This document shows, piece after piece, positions 9,232-17,894 of a stretch of 64,000 nt of DNA. The position numbers and the translations under genes were made by a program. Origin of the DNA: Candidatus Methanoplasma glyptotermitis (lineage in GTDB: Archaea; Thermoplasmatota; Thermoplasmata; Methanomassiliicoccales; Methanomethylophilaceae); contig JAIRYF010000051.1 of the NCBI GenBank assembly GCA_031267895.1, positions 1,561-65,560 on the forward strand, in the 5' to 3' direction. Numbering within the stretch: the first letter of the stretch is position 1; every line of letters begins with the position of its first letter. The notes below the pieces were generated by a model. It was not told where the DNA came from and made no database searches. It saw nothing but the letters and a program-made list of their open reading frames with translations.

Positions 9232-10095
9232 GTGGAAACGGAGGAGATACTCGGGATATCTGCGTTTGTCGTAACGATGGCAGTGCTGATTTCTGCGAGC
9301 ATAAGCGATTGGAAGAAGAGGGAGGTCGGGGATTGGCATTGGGCCGCGATAGGTTCTGCCGGACTTGTCACGACACTGGCCTGTTCAATCGGCCTGACCG
9401 GTTTCAGATGGGAGTATATATGCCTGGCGGCGGGCACATCCCTGATCCTGCTGGACATCTTTTCGGACAGAGAATTCAACCCGTTCCTGTTCTACCTTAC
9501 GGCTGCTTTGCTTTTCATAGTGCCGCTTTGTTCAGATCTGCCCGGAGACATCGCGAAGGCATGGATATCCATACCCGTTTGTTACGCGGTCTACCTGGGG
9601 ATGTATGCTCTCGGCATTGTGCGGGGAGGCGCGGATGTGAAATGTCTTGTCGTGCTTTCGGTGATGTTTCCGATGTATCCGCATTTTCTGGGATTTCCGC
9701 TGATAAATATCCCAGGCAGCGCAGCCAGCCATATCTTTGTTTTTTCCTTATCGGTTCTGTTCCTGGCCGCCGTCATGACAGTTCCTCTTGCACTGTACTT
9801 CGCCGCAAGGAATGCCAGAGAAGGGGATTTTTCAGGAAGGATGTTTTCAGGATACAGAATGAAGGTTTCCGATGCAGAGACAGCAAATGTCTGGCCGCTG
9901 GAAGACATTGTCGGCGGAGAACTCGGGTCCGTAAGGATTCCGGACGAAGAGGAGACAGCCGGCATATACGCCAGACTCAGAGATGCGGGACGCGAAACAG
10001 TCTGGGTCACGCCTATGATTCCTTTTGTGATAACGATCACAGCCGCAACGGCTGTTATAGCACTGGTCGGAAACCCGCTGTTCCTCATCTTTTGA
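9232..10095 (+). CDS. A24-family aspartic signal peptidase (archaeal prepilin/preflagellin peptidase, FlaK/PibD-like)
   Basis: Polytopic membrane protein carrying the two catalytic Asp contexts, SISDWKKREV and GGADVKCL. GTG start. Confidence 0.75.
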   Translation: METEEILGISAFVVTMAVLISASISDWKKREVGDWHWAAIGSAGLVTTLACSIGLTGFRWEYICLAAGTSLILLDIFSDREFNPFLFYLTAALLFIVPLCSDLPGDIAKAWISIPVCYAVYLGMYALGIVRGGADVKCLVVLSVMFPMYPHFLGFPLINIPGSAASHIFVFSLSVLFLAAVMTVPLALYFAARNAREGDFSGRMFSGYRMKVSDAETANVWPLEDIVGGELGSVRIPDEEETAGIYARLRDAGRETVWVTPMIPFVITITAATAVIALVGNPLFLIF

Positions 10096-11038
10096 TGTGC
10101 ATTCTGTGCCTGCATTGGGAGCAGCGGTCGCCGTTCAGTGCGACCAGATCTACAAGATACCCGGTGCGGCGGATGACCAGTGCTCCGCAGTTGGGGCAGT
10201 AAGTATCCGAAGAATCATCTGTCAGCACATTTCCGACGTAGACGTATTCCAAGCCGTGTTCCATCGCAGTCTCTCTGCACATAAGCAGCGTCTCGACCGG
10301 AGTCAGAGGGACGTCCATCATCTCATAGTCGGGGTGAAATCTGGAAAAGTGGACCGGTGTCTCCGGGGACAGACTGTCACGCACCCATGACGAGAAATTC
10401 CCTATCTCTTCATCCGAGTCATTATATCCGGGTATGACAAGGTATGTCAGCTCAAGATGCACTCCCTTCCGGTTCGCGGTCTCGGCGGATCTGAGAACAT
10501 CTGCGAGATGTGCACCGCAGATTTTCATGTAAAACTCGTCTGTGAAACCTTTGATGTCTATGTTCATTGCATCTATGACTCTGCAAAGATCCAGCAGCGG
10601 TTCCTCGCTGACCAAACCGTTACTCACCAGAACATATCTGAGGTCGGGAGCCTCCTCAACGATATCCATGATGTATTCAAACCATATCATCGGCTCGTTG
10701 TATGTGAAAGCAATAGCGTCAAATCTCTCTTTTCTGCAGAACGCGACCATTTCTTCCGGCGATTCGTATGTGGTCCTCTTCCTCCCGGCCGGAGACATAG
10801 ATATCGCATAATTCTGACAGTGCTTGCAGGACATGTTGCACCCGATCCCGCCTACCGAGAATATCTTGGTCTTCGGGAAGTAGTGGTAAAGGGGCTTCTT
10901 CTCTATCGGATCCACACCGAAAGACGACACCTTTCCGTAGTTGTTGGCAACCAGCCTTTCTTCTTCGCCTTTCCTCGACAGACACCTTCCGAACCCGCCG
11001 ACCTGTATTCTGCACCCATGCGGGCAGAGGTCGCACAC
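10085..11038 (-). CDS. AmmeMemoRadiSam-system radical SAM enzyme-like protein
   Basis: 317 aa. CDLCPHGCRI N-terminus, EKKPLYHYFP, and the radical SAM cluster motif CNMSCKHCQN (CxxxCxxC). Confidence 0.8.
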   Translation of the reverse strand: MCDLCPHGCRIQVGGFGRCLSRKGEEERLVANNYGKVSSFGVDPIEKKPLYHYFPKTKIFSVGGIGCNMSCKHCQNYAISMSPAGRKRTTYESPEEMVAFCRKERFDAIAFTYNEPMIWFEYIMDIVEEAPDLRYVLVSNGLVSEEPLLDLCRVIDAMNIDIKGFTDEFYMKICGAHLADVLRSAETANRKGVHLELTYLVIPGYNDSDEEIGNFSSWVRDSLSPETPVHFSRFHPDYEMMDVPLTPVETLLMCRETAMEHGLEYVYVGNVLTDDSSDTYCPNCGALVIRRTGYLVDLVALNGDRCSQCRHRMHIKR

Positions 11039-11084
11039 ATACAGTCCGTCTTCGCGATGATAGTATTTTGCTTCTCTGCCGGGA

Positions 11085-12026
11085 TTAATACCTGCCGTTT
11101 CCCATCACCGTCCTTTTGTTCCCGCAGATGATATAGGGGGCATTCTCATCCGTGACTCTGCCCACCACGGAAAATTCTGCGCCGAGATCATAAAGGGCAT
11201 CGACCCTATCCCTGCCGAACGTGAACAGCAGTTCGTAATCCCCGCCCCAGTACAGCATCATTTCCTCTTTCGCTATTCCCAATCCGGAAGAGACCGTATC
11301 CACTCCCTTCCCCTCCGGCAAAAATTCCATTTGGATGTCCATACCGACACTGCTGGCACTGCATATACTCCTAGCCCCGTCGGCCAATCCGTCGGACAGA
11401 TCGATGCATGATGTGACCGCACCGGATGCGGACAGCAATATTCCCTCGTCCACCCTCGGCACGGGAGTCATAAGGGACGATAAAGAAACACTATCGGAAA
11501 TGCTAGTTTCTGATGCAAAAAATCCGGCCGCAGCCGACCCGAGCGAACCGGTGACGGCCACCAAATCTCCCGGCCTGGCACCGGATCTCAGCATCGGCCG
11601 CCTGCCACGGAGCGAGCCTATCGCGGTACAGGATACGGCTCCGCAGCCGGGTTTGGTGTCTCCGCCGTATATGTATGCGCCGAAGGTTTCCGCGCATCTG
11701 TCCATGCCGGCCATGATGTCGTAAAGCGATTTTTCGTCTAGGTCTCCGGGCATCATCACAGCCGCCAGCAGCCCGATTGGTTCTGCTCCCATAGATGCCA
11801 GGTCGCTTATGTTCACGGTGGCGGCCGTCCATCCAAACTCCGCATAAGTCATCCCCTTCGGGAAATGCCTCTCGAAGGACACGCTGTCGATGCATGCGAC
11901 CACATCTCCGCAGATGGGAGGTATCAGCGCGGAATCGTCGCACGGACCCAACCCCGGCGGCCGCCGGATGATGTTCAGAACGTTCGCGATGAGTTCTCTT
12001 TCCCCCAATTCATTCAAAGAGACCAT
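11085..12026 (-). CDS. thiL: thiamine-monophosphate kinase
   Basis: 313 aa with the AIR-synthase-like fold. N-terminus LGERELI, plus CDDSALI and YIYGGDTKPG motifs. Confidence 0.8.
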   Translation of the reverse strand: MVSLNELGERELIANVLNIIRRPPGLGPCDDSALIPPICGDVVACIDSVSFERHFPKGMTYAEFGWTAATVNISDLASMGAEPIGLLAAVMMPGDLDEKSLYDIMAGMDRCAETFGAYIYGGDTKPGCGAVSCTAIGSLRGRRPMLRSGARPGDLVAVTGSLGSAAAGFFASETSISDSVSLSSLMTPVPRVDEGILLSASGAVTSCIDLSDGLADGARSICSASSVGMDIQMEFLPEGKGVDTVSSGLGIAKEEMMLYWGGDYELLFTFGRDRVDALYDLGAEFSVVGRVTDENAPYIICGNKRTVMGNGRY

Positions 12027-12137
12027 TGCGAAAGGTATCTGACGGCCTCTAAATAAGTTATCTCACGGCGGCACGGGCGGGCGCCTGTTAAATAAACGAT
12101 TAATAATAGAGTATACAATCCGGTTGGTCGGTCTCAG

Positions 12138-13379
12138 ATGATAATCAATATCAAATACGGAAAAGAAGGAGTCCAGAGGATCGAAGTCCCCGACAGGAAT
12201 TACATTGGGACGTTTTATCCCAAGGACGTAGTATGCGGCGATCCAGACGAGACTATATGCGAGTCCGTCGACAGCCCTATAGGACATCATTCGCTCTCAA
12301 AATTTCTGGAAGGCGGAAAGGATATTGTATTCATAGTCAACGACGGAACGAGACCGACACCCACCGCAAGGGTGCTTGATGCACTGTCGAAGAAGATGGA
12401 TCTGCGCAAGGCCAGATATCTGGTGGCTACGGGAACCCACAGAGGCATGACTCCGGAAGAATACGGATTCGTATTCGGCAGGCACTACGAGAGTCTGAAA
12501 GACAGGATAATCGTTCACGATGCCAAAATGTCAGAGTGCATCAGCCTCGGAATGTCCAAAAACGGCACCCCGATGGAAGTCAACAGAATCGCAGTAGAGG
12601 CCGACAGACTCGTCATAATAACCAGTGTCGAACCCCACTACTTCGCAGGATACACAGGGGGAAGAAAATCATTCCTTCCGGGTGTAGCATCCTTCAGAAC
12701 AATAGAGGCCAACCACAGACTGGCCATGAAAAACGAGGCACAGTCCCTCATCCTGAAGGGCAACCCCGTTCACGAAGATATGATGGATGCTCTGGAGGTC
12801 GTGAAAGATAAAGCTATCTTCTCAATACAAATGGTCCTCGACAGACATCAGCACATATACAGGGTGGCATCCGGAAGCCTTAATCCGGCCTTCGACAGAG
12901 CAGTGGAATGGGCAAACGAGGTTTTCTCCGTACCGATACCCGAGAAGGCCGATGTGGTGATATCTGTGGCACCGTATCCGATGGATGTGGACCTTTATCA
13001 GTCGCAGAAAGCACTGGACAACGGAAAATGGGCACTCAAGGATGGGGGCAGGATAATAGTCATCTCCAAATGCAGAGAAGGTATTGGCCATGCCACATTC
13101 CTCACTCAGCTGTCCTCTTCCCGGGATCCGAAACAGGTCCTCGAGAACCTCGGCAGAGAGTACAGGCTGGGATACCACAAAGCCGCCAAAATGGCGGAGA
13201 TAGCCATCTGGGCCGATATATGTGCCGTGACGGATCTTGATCCCGAGATCATCAGAGCCGCGAACATTACGCCGTTCCCGACAGCGGCGGATGCCGTCGC
13301 GGATGCGCTCGGGAAGAACCCCGATGCAAAAGTAATAGTACTTATGGACGGAAGCGTAACCATACCGAGGATTGAGTGA
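12138..13379 (+). CDS. LarA-like nickel-pincer-cofactor racemase/epimerase family protein (DUF2088)
   Basis: 413 aa. IVNDGTRPTP and VEPHYFAGYTGGRKSFLPG motifs typical of the LarA N-terminal domain. Confidence 0.8.
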   Translation: MIINIKYGKEGVQRIEVPDRNYIGTFYPKDVVCGDPDETICESVDSPIGHHSLSKFLEGGKDIVFIVNDGTRPTPTARVLDALSKKMDLRKARYLVATGTHRGMTPEEYGFVFGRHYESLKDRIIVHDAKMSECISLGMSKNGTPMEVNRIAVEADRLVIITSVEPHYFAGYTGGRKSFLPGVASFRTIEANHRLAMKNEAQSLILKGNPVHEDMMDALEVVKDKAIFSIQMVLDRHQHIYRVASGSLNPAFDRAVEWANEVFSVPIPEKADVVISVAPYPMDVDLYQSQKALDNGKWALKDGGRIIVISKCREGIGHATFLTQLSSSRDPKQVLENLGREYRLGYHKAAKMAEIAIWADICAVTDLDPEIIRAANITPFPTAADAVADALGKNPDAKVIVLMDGSVTIPRIE

Positions 13380-13380
13380 A

Positions 13381-14478
13381 ATGAGTGTATTCGAAGCAGA
13401 CAAATTAGAGAAGGTGAAGGAGGCACTGAGCACCTGCACCATGTGCGGGTTCTGCAAAAGCGTCTGCCCGTCATTCAAATCCATAGGATGGGATTCTGCG
13501 CTGTCCCGAGGAAGACTGATACTCACATACGGTCTCCTCAACGGAGACATAAAGGCTGATCCCTCTGTGATCGAGAACATGTACACCTGCACAACCTGTG
13601 CAGACTGCGTCAGACGCTGTCCCTCAAAGGTCGATATCGTGGAGGTCATCGAGATGTGCCGTTCTGACCTCGTAAAGAACGGACACATACTCCCCAAACA
13701 CAGGAATGTCGCTGATAATGTGGTCAGGTTCGGCAACCCGTATGCCGAGTCCAAATCAGTTACTGATACGCTTGGAATCAAACCGCACAGAGCAAAGATC
13801 GGCTACTTCGCGGGATGCACAGCAACATACAGGGAAAAGGAAATCGCCAAAGCCTCGCTTTCGATACTCAGAAAACTGGGATTGGATTTTACGACCGTTG
13901 ACGAAGTGTGCTGCGGATCGGTCCTTCAGAGGATAGGTATCGATGAAGAAAGGGCCATGGAACTCATGAAAAAGAACGTGGATGCGGTTAAAGCCATGGG
14001 CGTAGAGACGCTGATACTGTCATGCTCGGGCTGCTACAGAATGTTCAAGATGGAGTATCCGAAATTCGTGGATGTGCCGTTCAAGGTCCTCCACATGTCG
14101 GAGTTCCTCGCAGAGCGGGATCTTAAACTGAAGCCGCTGGGCAACGTGAAAGTGACATACCACGACCCCTGCCATCTCGGAAGACACTGCAACGTCTACG
14201 ATGCTCCGAGAGAGGTTCTGAGGAAATTCCCGGACATCGACCTGAAAGAAATGAAGTTCAGCCGGTCCGCAAGCCATTGCTGCGGAGGCGGCGGAGGAGT
14301 GAGATCAGCCTACCCGGAGACAGCAAAGAGCATTGCGGCGGCAAGGCTGGATGAAGCTGGTTTCGCCGATATAATTGTCACGGCGTGCCCATTCTGCGTA
14401 GCAAATCTGACAGCAGCGGCAGACAGCCGCAAACTAAGGACAGTGGATCTGACCGAACTGGTCGACAGTTGCCTCTGA
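13381..14478 (+). CDS. (Fe-S)-binding CCG-domain oxidoreductase subunit, HdrD/GlcF/GlpC-like
   Basis: Two ferredoxin-type motifs (CTMCGFCKSVCP, CTTCADCVRRCP) and two CCG motifs (VCCGSV, HCCGGGGG). ATG at 13381 lies 1 nt after the larA-like stop and is preceded by GAGG; the ORF track gives a TTG at 13372. Confidence 0.8.
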   Translation: MSVFEADKLEKVKEALSTCTMCGFCKSVCPSFKSIGWDSALSRGRLILTYGLLNGDIKADPSVIENMYTCTTCADCVRRCPSKVDIVEVIEMCRSDLVKNGHILPKHRNVADNVVRFGNPYAESKSVTDTLGIKPHRAKIGYFAGCTATYREKEIAKASLSILRKLGLDFTTVDEVCCGSVLQRIGIDEERAMELMKKNVDAVKAMGVETLILSCSGCYRMFKMEYPKFVDVPFKVLHMSEFLAERDLKLKPLGNVKVTYHDPCHLGRHCNVYDAPREVLRKFPDIDLKEMKFSRSASHCCGGGGGVRSAYPETAKSIAAARLDEAGFADIIVTACPFCVANLTAAADSRKLRTVDLTELVDSCL

Positions 14479-14479
14479 C

Positions 14480-15286
14480 ATGTACCCTTCGAACCTTTGT
14501 ACAAGACACCCAGCAGGCAGACCCGTTATGATGGGGATACTGAACATTACTCCGGATTCCTTCTCCGACGGCGGCAGATATCTCCGGAAGGACATGGCAC
14601 TGGAACATGCCTACGGACTCATAGATCAGGGTGCGGATGCAATTGACATAGGCGGAGAGTCCACAAGACCGGGGGCCGATCCCGTTCCGGAAGACGAGGA
14701 ATTGAAAAGAGTGATTCCGATAATAAAAGAACTCTCGCCGACGGTCGATGTGCCCATTTCCGTGGATACGACGAAACCGAAGGTTGCGGAGGAATCCATA
14801 AAAGCAGGGGCATCAGTCATAAACGACATATGCGGGTTCGGAGACGATCGGATGATCAGTGTCGCGGTGTCGTACGATGTTCCGGCAATCATCATGCACA
14901 TGCACGGAAGCCCGAAGACACTTGGCACGTATGTCATGAACGGAGATTTCATGACCGAGATCAAGAAATTCCTTGACGGACGGGCCGAGCATGCGGTACG
15001 CATGGGGATGAATGAACGTAACATAATACTCGATCCGGGTGTAGGATTCGGGAAGACCGCAGAACAGAACATGCATATAATCAGAAACAGCGGATCATTC
15101 GGCGAAAAGTACCCCGTGCTCATAGGCCCGTCCAGAAAAAGATTCCTTGCGCAGTGTTTTCCCAGTTTGGAGAGAGACGAGGCGACAGCCGCCGCGTCAA
15201 AGACAGCCGCCGACAGCGGAGCCGATATACTTCGTGTGCACAATGTTTCCGCGACTCTGTCTCACTTCGGCCCGGAACGGATCTGA
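14480..15286 (+). CDS. folP: dihydropteroate synthase
   Basis: GILNITPDSFSDGG, DIGGESTRPG, SVDT and INDI motifs. ATG lies 1 nt after the upstream stop. An alternative start at 14528 is possible. Confidence 0.88.
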   Translation: MYPSNLCTRHPAGRPVMMGILNITPDSFSDGGRYLRKDMALEHAYGLIDQGADAIDIGGESTRPGADPVPEDEELKRVIPIIKELSPTVDVPISVDTTKPKVAEESIKAGASVINDICGFGDDRMISVAVSYDVPAIIMHMHGSPKTLGTYVMNGDFMTEIKKFLDGRAEHAVRMGMNERNIILDPGVGFGKTAEQNMHIIRNSGSFGEKYPVLIGPSRKRFLAQCFPSLERDEATAAASKTAADSGADILRVHNVSATLSHFGPERI

Positions 15287-15301
15287 CCAGTGCGGGACAG
15301 C

Positions 15302-15535
15302 TCAGACGAGCACGCCGACCGCAACCACGGCGATCACGCTGACGGCCGTCAGCAGGATAAAAACTCTGTTATTCTTTTTTTCTTTCCCGACCCTCGCCTG
15401 TTCTTTGTAGTAGCAATCCTCGGAGCAGAATGCCTGATCAAACGGCACGGGATCCCCGCAGAACCGGCAGTGATCGTGTTCGGGAAGTTTTGTCGGCATC
15501 TCTGTCTCATAGACATGATAGTTTAAATCTGTCAC
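15302..15535 (-). CDS. small zinc-ribbon membrane protein (DUF2116-like)
   Basis: 77 aa. CRFCGDPVPFDQAFCSEDC (CxxC...CxxxC) followed by a basic linker and a C-terminal TM helix FILLTAVSVIAVVAVGVLV. Confidence 0.6.
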   Translation of the reverse strand: MTDLNYHVYETEMPTKLPEHDHCRFCGDPVPFDQAFCSEDCYYKEQARVGKEKKNNRVFILLTAVSVIAVVAVGVLV

Positions 15536-15905
15536 TGTCCGTCAACTCTGCGGAGCAGCTTCAGACAGCAAAGGTGCCGGTCCGACCGATATAAACTTTA
15601 AATAGACTTATTTCAAGACATCCAAGGGATTCAGACCGTACTTCTTTAAGCTCGAAACCCCTCCCGAAAGCGGTGTTTTTGTGCTGCGCAACACAAATAT
15701 GATCGAACAGTTGCGGTACCGCGCAGATGATGCGCCTCCGCACAGGCCCGGCGGCATAGACTCGGAGGATTACGACAGATCGATCCGGCTGACAGAAACA
15801 GTCTGCAGGTGTCTTGATATATCCGGGTGCGGTCCGCAGCGACTTCTGCACAAATCCGGGAAGAGTCCGTCAATCGTTTATACGGAAAGATAAGTACGGC
15901 GGTCC

Positions 15906-16670
15906 GTGAGAGTAAGGGAATACGACAGCGACAGATTCGACAGAATGAGAAGAATAGATTGGCTGGACATCGACAGAATACACGGATCGAAATGTCTGGT
16001 GGTCGGGGCCGGAGCTCTTGGAAACGAGGTCGTAAAATGCATGCTGCTGGCCGGATTCGGAAACATATCCATCGCGGATATGGATAAGATTGTGAGATCG
16101 AACATGAGCCGGTGCGTTTTCTTCAGAGAAGGCGATGAACAAAAAAACAAAGCAGAGGTTATCGCCGAGATGGCACACAACCTCTGTCCTGAAACAAAAA
16201 TCGCCCCGATTGTATCAAGAATACAGGATCTGGAGGACTGGAATTTCGATCTTGTATTCGGATGTCTTGACAACATATCCGCAAGACTGCACGTGAACTC
16301 CCATGCAAGATATCACGGCATACCCTACGTCGACGGCGCAACCGACGGATTCAGAGGAAAGGCGCAGGTCGTCCTGGATTCAGGACCGTGTCTGGAGTGC
16401 GGGATGAACGGCAGCCACATGAAACTCATCGACGAGAGATTCTCGTGCACCGGAGGCGGGACTGTCTTCGTGCCGAAGCTGGCATCCGAGATAACCACAA
16501 CCTCAGTCATAGCTGCTATCCAGGTGAGGGAGGCAATGAAAATACTGTCCGGCAGGAGGGACCTGTGCATAAGGAACGTAATATACTATGACGGAATCCT
16601 GGGAACAATGGAGTGTCTCGAGATCCCGGAGGACAGAGACTGTCCGAATCACCTCTCAGGAAGGAATTGA
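15906..16670 (+). CDS. ThiF/MoeB-type E1-like ubiquitin-activating enzyme
   Basis: 254 aa. RFDRM (RYxRQ-like) N-terminal motif, Rossmann motif VVGAGALGNEV, DxD ADMDKI, CLEC and CPNH Zn-site-like pairs, and a candidate catalytic Cys in RFSCTGGG. GTG start; an alternative ATG at 15945 would delete the RFDRM motif. Confidence 0.85.
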   Translation: MRVREYDSDRFDRMRRIDWLDIDRIHGSKCLVVGAGALGNEVVKCMLLAGFGNISIADMDKIVRSNMSRCVFFREGDEQKNKAEVIAEMAHNLCPETKIAPIVSRIQDLEDWNFDLVFGCLDNISARLHVNSHARYHGIPYVDGATDGFRGKAQVVLDSGPCLECGMNGSHMKLIDERFSCTGGGTVFVPKLASEITTTSVIAAIQVREAMKILSGRRDLCIRNVIYYDGILGTMECLEIPEDRDCPNHLSGRN

Positions 16671-16671
16671 A

Positions 16672-16914
16672 ATGACCGTCAGAGTCACCGTGGTTAACAC
16701 ACTCAACAGCTCATCCATACGGATGGAATTGGAGTCTTACGAGTCCGTAGAGGACATAATCGATACAGCCGCAGAGTACTGGGGAAAGGATTCCGGTGCA
16801 TATGTTCTCAGAAAGGGATCAAAACTTCTCTGCAAGAGCCAGAGCATCGATGAGATAAACCTCAGAGATGATGACATCATAGAGATGATTCCCGATCCCG
16901 AAGGCGGGAGCTGA
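16672..16914 (+). CDS. ubiquitin-like small protein (80 aa) ending ...PDPEGGS
   Basis: ATG lies 1 nt after the E1 stop. The size and alternating hydrophobic pattern fit a beta-grasp fold. A C-terminal Gly-Gly (16903-16908) is followed by one Ser and then TGA. Confidence 0.75.
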   Translation: MTVRVTVVNTLNSSSIRMELESYESVEDIIDTAAEYWGKDSGAYVLRKGSKLLCKSQSIDEINLRDDDIIEMIPDPEGGS

Positions 16915-16915
16915 G

Positions 16916-17416
16916 ATGGGTCTGGTCAGGTCTGTACTGGTAAAAAGGATCGACAACGAGATCTTGGGGTTGAACAGTCACCTTGGCATTGATGTTCCTT
17001 CCGTTCCAGAGAACGCAAAGTTCCCGATTGAGGTGAGCATAGTCCTGAGGAACACCCCTGCCAGAATATCGAAGGAAAAGACCGCCAATGACCATGTTTT
17101 TGTTATAGTCATATCCGAGGAATATCCGTATGAGAGGCCAAGAGCAAAGTGGATGACGCCTGTCTTCCACCCGAACATAATGATGCCGGAAGACGGAGGT
17201 TTCGTCTGTGTCAAGACCCTGGATAACTGGTCATTCGGGTCGTCTCTGCTGTCATTCGTAAAAGGCGTGGAACAGCTGATATCAGATCCCAATCCCATGA
17301 ACCCATACGGCACCGATTCATGCATGGAAGCGGCCAGATGGTATCTTGACAACAAACCGAAATTCGAGGCCAAAATAAGATACGGTGGGAACGATGCCGA
17401 AGATAATTTCCTCTGA
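16916..17416 (+). CDS. UBC-fold E2 ubiquitin-conjugating enzyme
   Basis: 166 aa. Canonical FHPNI (HPN at 17168-17176) followed by GGFVCVKTLDNW with the candidate catalytic Cys98 (17207-17209). ATG lies 1 nt after the Ubl stop. Confidence 0.85.
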   Translation: MGLVRSVLVKRIDNEILGLNSHLGIDVPSVPENAKFPIEVSIVLRNTPARISKEKTANDHVFVIVISEEYPYERPRAKWMTPVFHPNIMMPEDGGFVCVKTLDNWSFGSSLLSFVKGVEQLISDPNPMNPYGTDSCMEAARWYLDNKPKFEAKIRYGGNDAEDNFL

Positions 17417-17894
17417 CCCGTACGAGGCTGAGTTCGGGGTAAGACCCGTGAGGGGTGTGTCTCTCTTTGTAAGGGAATTCGTAATAGACTTGATAACAGC
17501 ACATGCCGAAGAAGGATATCTCAAAAACAAAGAAGTCATGGGACTGCTGACAGGCGACATCCTGAGAGATGATATGGGAATGTATGTTAAGGTCACGAAT
17601 ACCGCCACTTCGGACCTGGATGCCGACGAGGCAAGCGTAAGATTCAGTAAAGATTCGATAGAAAAACTATTCAGATCAATAGACGACTGCGGCGGAAGCT
17701 CGATAGTCGGGTGGTATCACTCCCATCTGGGAATAGGATGCTACCTCTCGGATGTGGACATAAAAACCCACACGGGCATATTCGGCATGGATGTTGGATA
17801 CGCTCTGGTTATTGATCCGGCGGGGTCCGAACTCGCATCGTTTTCGTGCATCGGCGGCCTGCCTGAGAAAGTTTCCATGATAATTCTGACGTGA
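17385..17894 (+). CDS. JAMM/MPN+ metalloprotease (Rpn11/JAB-like deubiquitinase)
   Basis: 169 aa. Conserved Glu in KEVMGLL and a complete HxHx7Sx2D motif, HSHLGIGCYLSDVD (17718-17759). Overlaps the E2 3' end by about 23-32 nt, depending on whether the start is 17385 or 17394. Confidence 0.85.
   Translation: MGTMPKIISSDPYEAEFGVRPVRGVSLFVREFVIDLITAHAEEGYLKNKEVMGLLTGDILRDDMGMYVKVTNTATSDLDADEASVRFSKDSIEKLFRSIDDCGGSSIVGWYHSHLGIGCYLSDVDIKTHTGIFGMDVGYALVIDPAGSELASFSCIGGLPEKVSMIILT

Noticed and set aside
12822-13781. 319-aa ORF antisense to the LarA-like/Fe-S gene junction.
   Set aside because: It lies opposite two genes with clear family motifs, and its product is low-complexity with no motifs. 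Shadow ORF.
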